Shown here: positions 15,363-19,344 of the stretch, piece after piece | Numbering within the stretch: position 1 is the first letter of the stretch | Layout: the number at the start of each line of letters is the position of its first letter | Origin: an uncultured Fibrobacterales bacterium | GTDB lineage: Bacteria; Fibrobacterota; Fibrobacteria; Fibrobacterales; CAWVXU01 | Reading direction: 5' to 3' | Assembly: GCA_963934255.1 (NCBI GenBank) | Contig: CAWVXU010000051.1 | Location: 1 to 19,344, forward strand | Length of the DNA: 19,344 nucleotides | The notes under the pieces: generated by a model | The model's database searches: none | Seen by the model: only the letters and a program-made list of their open reading frames with translations | What the model was told of the DNA's origin: nothing | Made by a program: the position numbers and the translations under genes

Positions 15363-16478
15363 ATGAAGTTTGAAGTTGAACAGAATTTGTTATCTGAAGC
15401 ACTATCAACAGCATCACATGCTGTTCCAAATAAGTCTACTCTTGAAATCCTCAGTAATTTCCTGCTACATCTTGAAGGCAATGTGCTAGAGATATCAGCA
15501 ACAGACATGGACCTTGGAGTCAATCTCAAAATTGAGGTGAATGGCCTTGAAGATGGCAAAGTCGTCGTTAAAGCTCGTAAATTATTGGAGATAGTTAAAG
15601 GTCAACAGGCTAAAATGCCGCTTGTTTTTCAAGTTGAGGATTATCAAATTAAGATTCGCTCTGGGTCATATTTGGGTAAACTGACTGGTTTCGATGCAAT
15701 GGAATTTCCTACTCTTCCTCAAATGGAAGCCAACAAGACCATTCAGATTTCAAGCTCCGAGCTCAACTTTCTTTCTGAAAAAACACTGTTTGCTGTTTCA
15801 AATGACATCACTCGCATGGCCCTCAATGGTGTTTATTTCGAACATTTAGATGGCAAACTCTCTTTGGTGGCGACTGATGGTCATCGCTTGGGTAAAGCTG
15901 AAATTGAGCTCGCAGGCGAATCTTGGGAATTAGGCGTGATTGTTCCACCTAAACCTCTCTCGTTTGCGCTCCGCGCAGTCAAGGCTGATACAGATCTTGA
16001 GATTTCAATGAATGATTCTCACATCTGTATTAGTACAGATAATTTAAAAGTTTTCTCTAAGCTCATTGATGGTCCTTACCCTAAATACCAAGGCGTCATA
16101 CCTGCTCAGTTTGAAAAAAACGCTGTTGTTCCTCGTGACGAGTTGATTAACGTTGTTGGGCGTGTTGCATTAACTGCAAATGCTCGCACTAAACAAATCA
16201 AAGTTTCTTTTAATGAAGGCGAAACAGTCATTTCGAGTCGTGACCAAGAAAACAGTGGTGATTCAAATGAAAGCATTGCTTTGCAATACGAGGGCGAACC
16301 GGATTTTGCTATTAGTTTTAACGCAGGCTTTCTTGGAGATATCCTTAAAATGTGTCCATCAGATGAAGTTCGCCTCAAGATGAACACACACGTAGGCGCT
16401 TGTATTATTGAGCCTATCGGTGATGGACTTGATTTCTTCTTCCTTATTATGCCTCTTAGACTTACAGAAGAAAACTAA
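15363..16478 (+). CDS. dnaN: DNA polymerase III beta sliding clamp
   Basis: SATDMDL, LNGVYFE, VATDGHRL, KLIDGPYPKY, ISFNAGFL, LIMPLRL; 371 aa. Confidence 0.98.
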   Translation: MKFEVEQNLLSEALSTASHAVPNKSTLEILSNFLLHLEGNVLEISATDMDLGVNLKIEVNGLEDGKVVVKARKLLEIVKGQQAKMPLVFQVEDYQIKIRSGSYLGKLTGFDAMEFPTLPQMEANKTIQISSSELNFLSEKTLFAVSNDITRMALNGVYFEHLDGKLSLVATDGHRLGKAEIELAGESWELGVIVPPKPLSFALRAVKADTDLEISMNDSHICISTDNLKVFSKLIDGPYPKYQGVIPAQFEKNAVVPRDELINVVGRVALTANARTKQIKVSFNEGETVISSRDQENSGDSNESIALQYEGEPDFAISFNAGFLGDILKMCPSDEVRLKMNTHVGACIIEPIGDGLDFFFLIMPLRLTEEN

Positions 16479-16492
16479 GAGACTCGTTTCTA

Positions 16493-17758
16493 GTGACACT
16501 CTTATCAAGAACTAGCTTTTTTAAAAAGCCCTATCTTTTAGGGCTTTTTTTGTCTGTTATCATCTTGAACTGTTTCAGCCTGGTGCATGCTTCTAGTGTC
16601 GAACAAAGACCACTCCCTGGTTATTGGAATAGCGCACATTACGGCGGTCTTACAGCCTACTCAACTCAAACAGCTGCATTTTGGTCTAACCCCTCAGGCT
16701 TAAATCTCAAACAATCTCAAAAACTTGAACTCTCCACTTTTAATTTAGCTGAAAATTCTGGTATAATGGCATCCTGGGCTCTCCCGGCTGGTAAATATTC
16801 AACACTAGGGCTCGCTCTTCAAGCAAGTGAATTAGAAAATTTCAATACCCAGCAAGCTCGCGCTGGGTTTGGGGTTCGCCCTGCACCTAATTTAAGCATA
16901 GGCATTATTGGCGTCGGTCAACAATACCAAGACACTCTCTTCATGGATTTCAATCTCGGGGCCCAGTATAGTTTTACTGACTATTTCAAATCAGGTATTG
17001 CTATACAAAATCTCACCGAAAAATTAACTTCAGCTTTAGATTCAAATAACCGTCACATTTATGGGGCGGGTTTTGCATGGTTCCCCATGTATGCCAGGCA
17101 TAAAGAAGCATTTATGGTCCATCTAGATTGGGAGAGCGAGTTTTTAGCCTTCCGTCGAAATCGGTGGATTCTCGGCACTTCATATGCTATGGGCCCTCGA
17201 GAAAATCTTCGTTTAAGTACGGCAATTTCGCGGCAAGACTTAGGAGCTAGACAACCCATTTCAGCAAGCCTTGGAGTAAAGGTTCAAGAAGTCTTTTTCA
17301 AGTCTTTTCTTAGTTTTTATTACACTGTTTCTCATGTCCCTATTGCCCAAAATAACGATGGTCGAATGAGACATCAACTCGGGACGGCCTTACAACTTTA
17401 TCCTAAGCAAGACAGAACCCCTCCTACAGCACAAGCGAGAATGTCACGAAACTTGTTTGATTTTAAGAGCCCGGATACTACTTGGCATCAGGCATCTTTT
17501 ATCCTCAATGCTCAAGATGATTCCAAACAATTTAAATCTTGGCACTTGGTCATCGCTGAAGTAGATCAAAACATGAAAGCCGTCAATGTCATTAAATCTT
17601 TCAATGGAAAAGGCCAACCACCCAAAAAATTGAAATGGGATGGTCGTGATAATTCGGGCTCTAGACTACCTGTAGGTTTTTACACCTATAGAGTCATTGT
17701 GTTGGATAAAGAATCAAACCATGCCGCCACTTCTTGGCAATTTTTCGAAGTTCGCTAG
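16493..17758 (+). CDS. Secreted/outer-membrane protein: PorV/PorQ/FadL-like beta-barrel region plus C-terminal FlgD-like Ig domain
   Basis: Signal peptide ending VHA-S; AAFWSNPSGL (NPAGL-type motif); amphipathic beta strands; DRTPP linker; WDGRDNSGSRLPVGFYTYRV. Confidence 0.65.
   Translation: MTLLSRTSFFKKPYLLGLFLSVIILNCFSLVHASSVEQRPLPGYWNSAHYGGLTAYSTQTAAFWSNPSGLNLKQSQKLELSTFNLAENSGIMASWALPAGKYSTLGLALQASELENFNTQQARAGFGVRPAPNLSIGIIGVGQQYQDTLFMDFNLGAQYSFTDYFKSGIAIQNLTEKLTSALDSNNRHIYGAGFAWFPMYARHKEAFMVHLDWESEFLAFRRNRWILGTSYAMGPRENLRLSTAISRQDLGARQPISASLGVKVQEVFFKSFLSFYYTVSHVPIAQNNDGRMRHQLGTALQLYPKQDRTPPTAQARMSRNLFDFKSPDTTWHQASFILNAQDDSKQFKSWHLVIAEVDQNMKAVNVIKSFNGKGQPPKKLKWDGRDNSGSRLPVGFYTYRVIVLDKESNHAATSWQFFEVR
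16523..16551 (+). terminator. Intrinsic terminator downstream of dnaN, inside the start of the next ORF
   Basis: AAAAAGCCCTA-TCTTT-TAGGGCTTTTTTT. Confidence 0.7.
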
Positions 17759-17774
17759 AGACTACTATTCTAGT

Positions 17775-18908
17775 ATGCAACTCACAGAATTATTTCTACA
17801 AAATTTCCGCAATTACGAGAAAATTGAAATCGAGCTCAAACCAGGGATTACAGGCATATCAGGTTATAACGGCCACGGTAAAACTAATTTTTTAGAAGCC
17901 ATCCATCTCATCACTCAAGGCTATAGCCACCGGACCCGTAAAGTTCCTGATCTACTCAAATGGAACACCGATATGATGGTACTTAGAGCTCAAGGTGAGT
18001 CCAAAAAATCACTACAAAAGTCTGCCCTCACTCTCGACAAAAGAGGTGCAAAACAGGTTAAGCTTAACTCTCAAAACTATAAAGTTTTTACCAAACTATT
18101 AGGCTCCTACGGAACTCTCAATATTGGTCCGGCTGACATTCAACTCATTCAAGAGGGGCCAGGCGAAAGACGAAAGTATTTAGACGCTTTAGGAAGTCAG
18201 TTTTCAGCCACTTATTTGGATGTACTCCGTAAATACACTCAAATGACTAAACAAAGGAATGCCTTTCTTAAAAGCACCTCTTCTAGTCAAAACGACCTTT
18301 GGGAAAGTATATCCCAAACTTTTGTGCAATACGGCACACAGTTAATTATTCAGAGACTCAAACTACTTGGGCAACTCAAAGAAAATATCCTAGATTCCTA
18401 CGAAACGATTAGCTCAGGAGCTGAAGAATTAAGCTTTGAATTTCAATCTTCAATTGGAGTCTCATACCCTATCAAAGCCACCTATTCAGAAGACGAAATC
18501 AAACAGTTAGAAACTGAAATATTTCAAACCTTTTGGAACAAATTACTCGATCGAAAGGTTCGCGAACGAGATGCTAAAATGTCTCTTTACGGACCTCACA
18601 AAGACGATTTGATATTCTTACTCAAATCTAAGTCACTTCGTGAATTTGGCTCTCAAGGTCAACAGCGCTCAACTGCTCTAGCATTAAAGCTCGCCGCGGC
18701 CCACAAATTAGAACTAGAGTTTGGGGCGCCTCCTATCCTACTTCTAGATGATATTTTCTCAGAGCTGGATCAATCCAGACGAAAAGCACTAGCTAAAAGA
18801 ATTCAATCAAGTCACCAGGTGTTTGTCGCAAGCCCAGAACAGCAAGATTTACCTTTTCAAACGACTCAACAATTAAACGTTCATGACGGGAATATATTCT
18901 ATGCCTAG
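17775..18908 (+). CDS. recF: DNA replication and repair protein RecF (start reassigned to ATG 17775)
   Basis: LQNFRNY, Walker A GYNGHGKTN, GPGERRKYLD, GPHKDD, SQGQQR, LLLDDIFSELD. Confidence 0.97.
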   Translation: MQLTELFLQNFRNYEKIEIELKPGITGISGYNGHGKTNFLEAIHLITQGYSHRTRKVPDLLKWNTDMMVLRAQGESKKSLQKSALTLDKRGAKQVKLNSQNYKVFTKLLGSYGTLNIGPADIQLIQEGPGERRKYLDALGSQFSATYLDVLRKYTQMTKQRNAFLKSTSSSQNDLWESISQTFVQYGTQLIIQRLKLLGQLKENILDSYETISSGAEELSFEFQSSIGVSYPIKATYSEDEIKQLETEIFQTFWNKLLDRKVRERDAKMSLYGPHKDDLIFLLKSKSLREFGSQGQQRSTALALKLAAAHKLELEFGAPPILLLDDIFSELDQSRRKALAKRIQSSHQVFVASPEQQDLPFQTTQQLNVHDGNIFYA

Positions 18909-19191
18909 AGGTAATACAGCACGCTCTGCTCGAACCATTTTGGACAAAGTCATACAGACTACACCAGGGATGAATTCTCCTGAAAATAAGCTGTTTTCGC
19001 ACTGGTCAGAGGTGGTTGGAAGTGAGCTTGTGAGTGAGGTGGAATTAGTTGCCATCAAAGAGGGTGTTTTACTCTTAAAATGCCTCTCTTCTTCAAGGAA
19101 AAATGAACTGAGATTTCAAAAAAATGCTATCTTAACAAGCGCGAATCAGGTGTTAGGCTCAGAGCTCATTTCTGATCTGAGATTTGTGTAG
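18901..19191 (+). CDS. DUF721 / DciA-like protein (start 18901 or 18883)
   Basis: HWSEVVG...GVLLLKCLSSSRKNELRF...ISDLRF pattern and the usual recF-DUF721-gyrB position. Confidence 0.85.
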   Translation: MPRGNTARSARTILDKVIQTTPGMNSPENKLFSHWSEVVGSELVSEVELVAIKEGVLLLKCLSSSRKNELRFQKNAILTSANQVLGSELISDLRFV

Positions 19192-19265
19192 ATGATGACT
19201 TTTTAAGTCTAACATTGGTCTTCATTTTATTTCACCCACCTTGTCCAAATCTATAGGGAAATTTT

Positions 19266-19344
19266 ATGTCAGAAGAAAATTATAGCGGAAGTAACATTAC
19301 TGTACTTGAAGGCCTAGAAGCTGTTAGAGTGCGCCCAGCAATGT
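19266..19344 (+). CDS. gyrB: DNA gyrase subunit B, N-terminal fragment running off the window
   Basis: MSEENYSGSNITVLEGLEAVRVRPAM; GyrB/ParE N-terminal motif, and synteny with recF favours gyrB. Confidence 0.9.
   Translation, partial: MSEENYSGSNITVLEGLEAVRVRPAM

Noticed and set aside
17697..17774. N-terminal extension of recF in the ORF track
   Set aside because: It overlaps the upstream gene; RecF homology starts at MQLTELFLQNFRNY (ATG 17775).
2978..19058. Short antisense or alternate-frame ORFs (2978, 5601, 7368, 8058, 8518, 9052, 10042, 10193, 10428, 11125, 11886, 11932, 12567, 15347, 16106, 16180, 17059, 18793, 18873)
   Set aside because: All lie within or largely overlap well-supported genes and show no recognisable motifs; treated as shadow ORFs.

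Overview
Low-GC bacterial chromosomal window of mostly housekeeping genes; no mobile element, CRISPR array or phage gene is evident. The left half (1-10642) is mainly on the minus strand. In coordinate order it holds partial nadC, a TSUP/TauE transporter, a large lipoprotein, a class A PBP with a large internal insertion, tRNA-Ser(GCT) on +, fused secDF, tRNA-His(GTG), a basic tandem Cys3His zinc-finger-like protein and a YtxJ/BrxC-like protein. The right half is mainly on the plus strand: an S41/PDZ lipoprotein protease, a multi-zinc-ribbon protein and a Gfo/Idh/MocA oxidoreductase (coupled operon), a decayed cheY-like gene on minus, an orphan ORF, an unannotated 50-aa membrane protein, then dnaN, a beta-barrel/FlgD-Ig-like protein, recF, DUF721/dciA-like and the start of gyrB. 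dnaA is not in front of dnaN. Best leads: (1) tRNA-Ser carrying the alanine identity pair G3:U70; (2) a class A PBP with a ~230-aa insertion next to a candidate new Lpo-type activator lipoprotein; (3) a zinc-finger gene apparently co-transcribed with tRNA-His from a promoter overlapped by a palindrome; (4) a remodelled dnaN-recF-gyrB cluster. All family calls are from motif recognition, not database searches.
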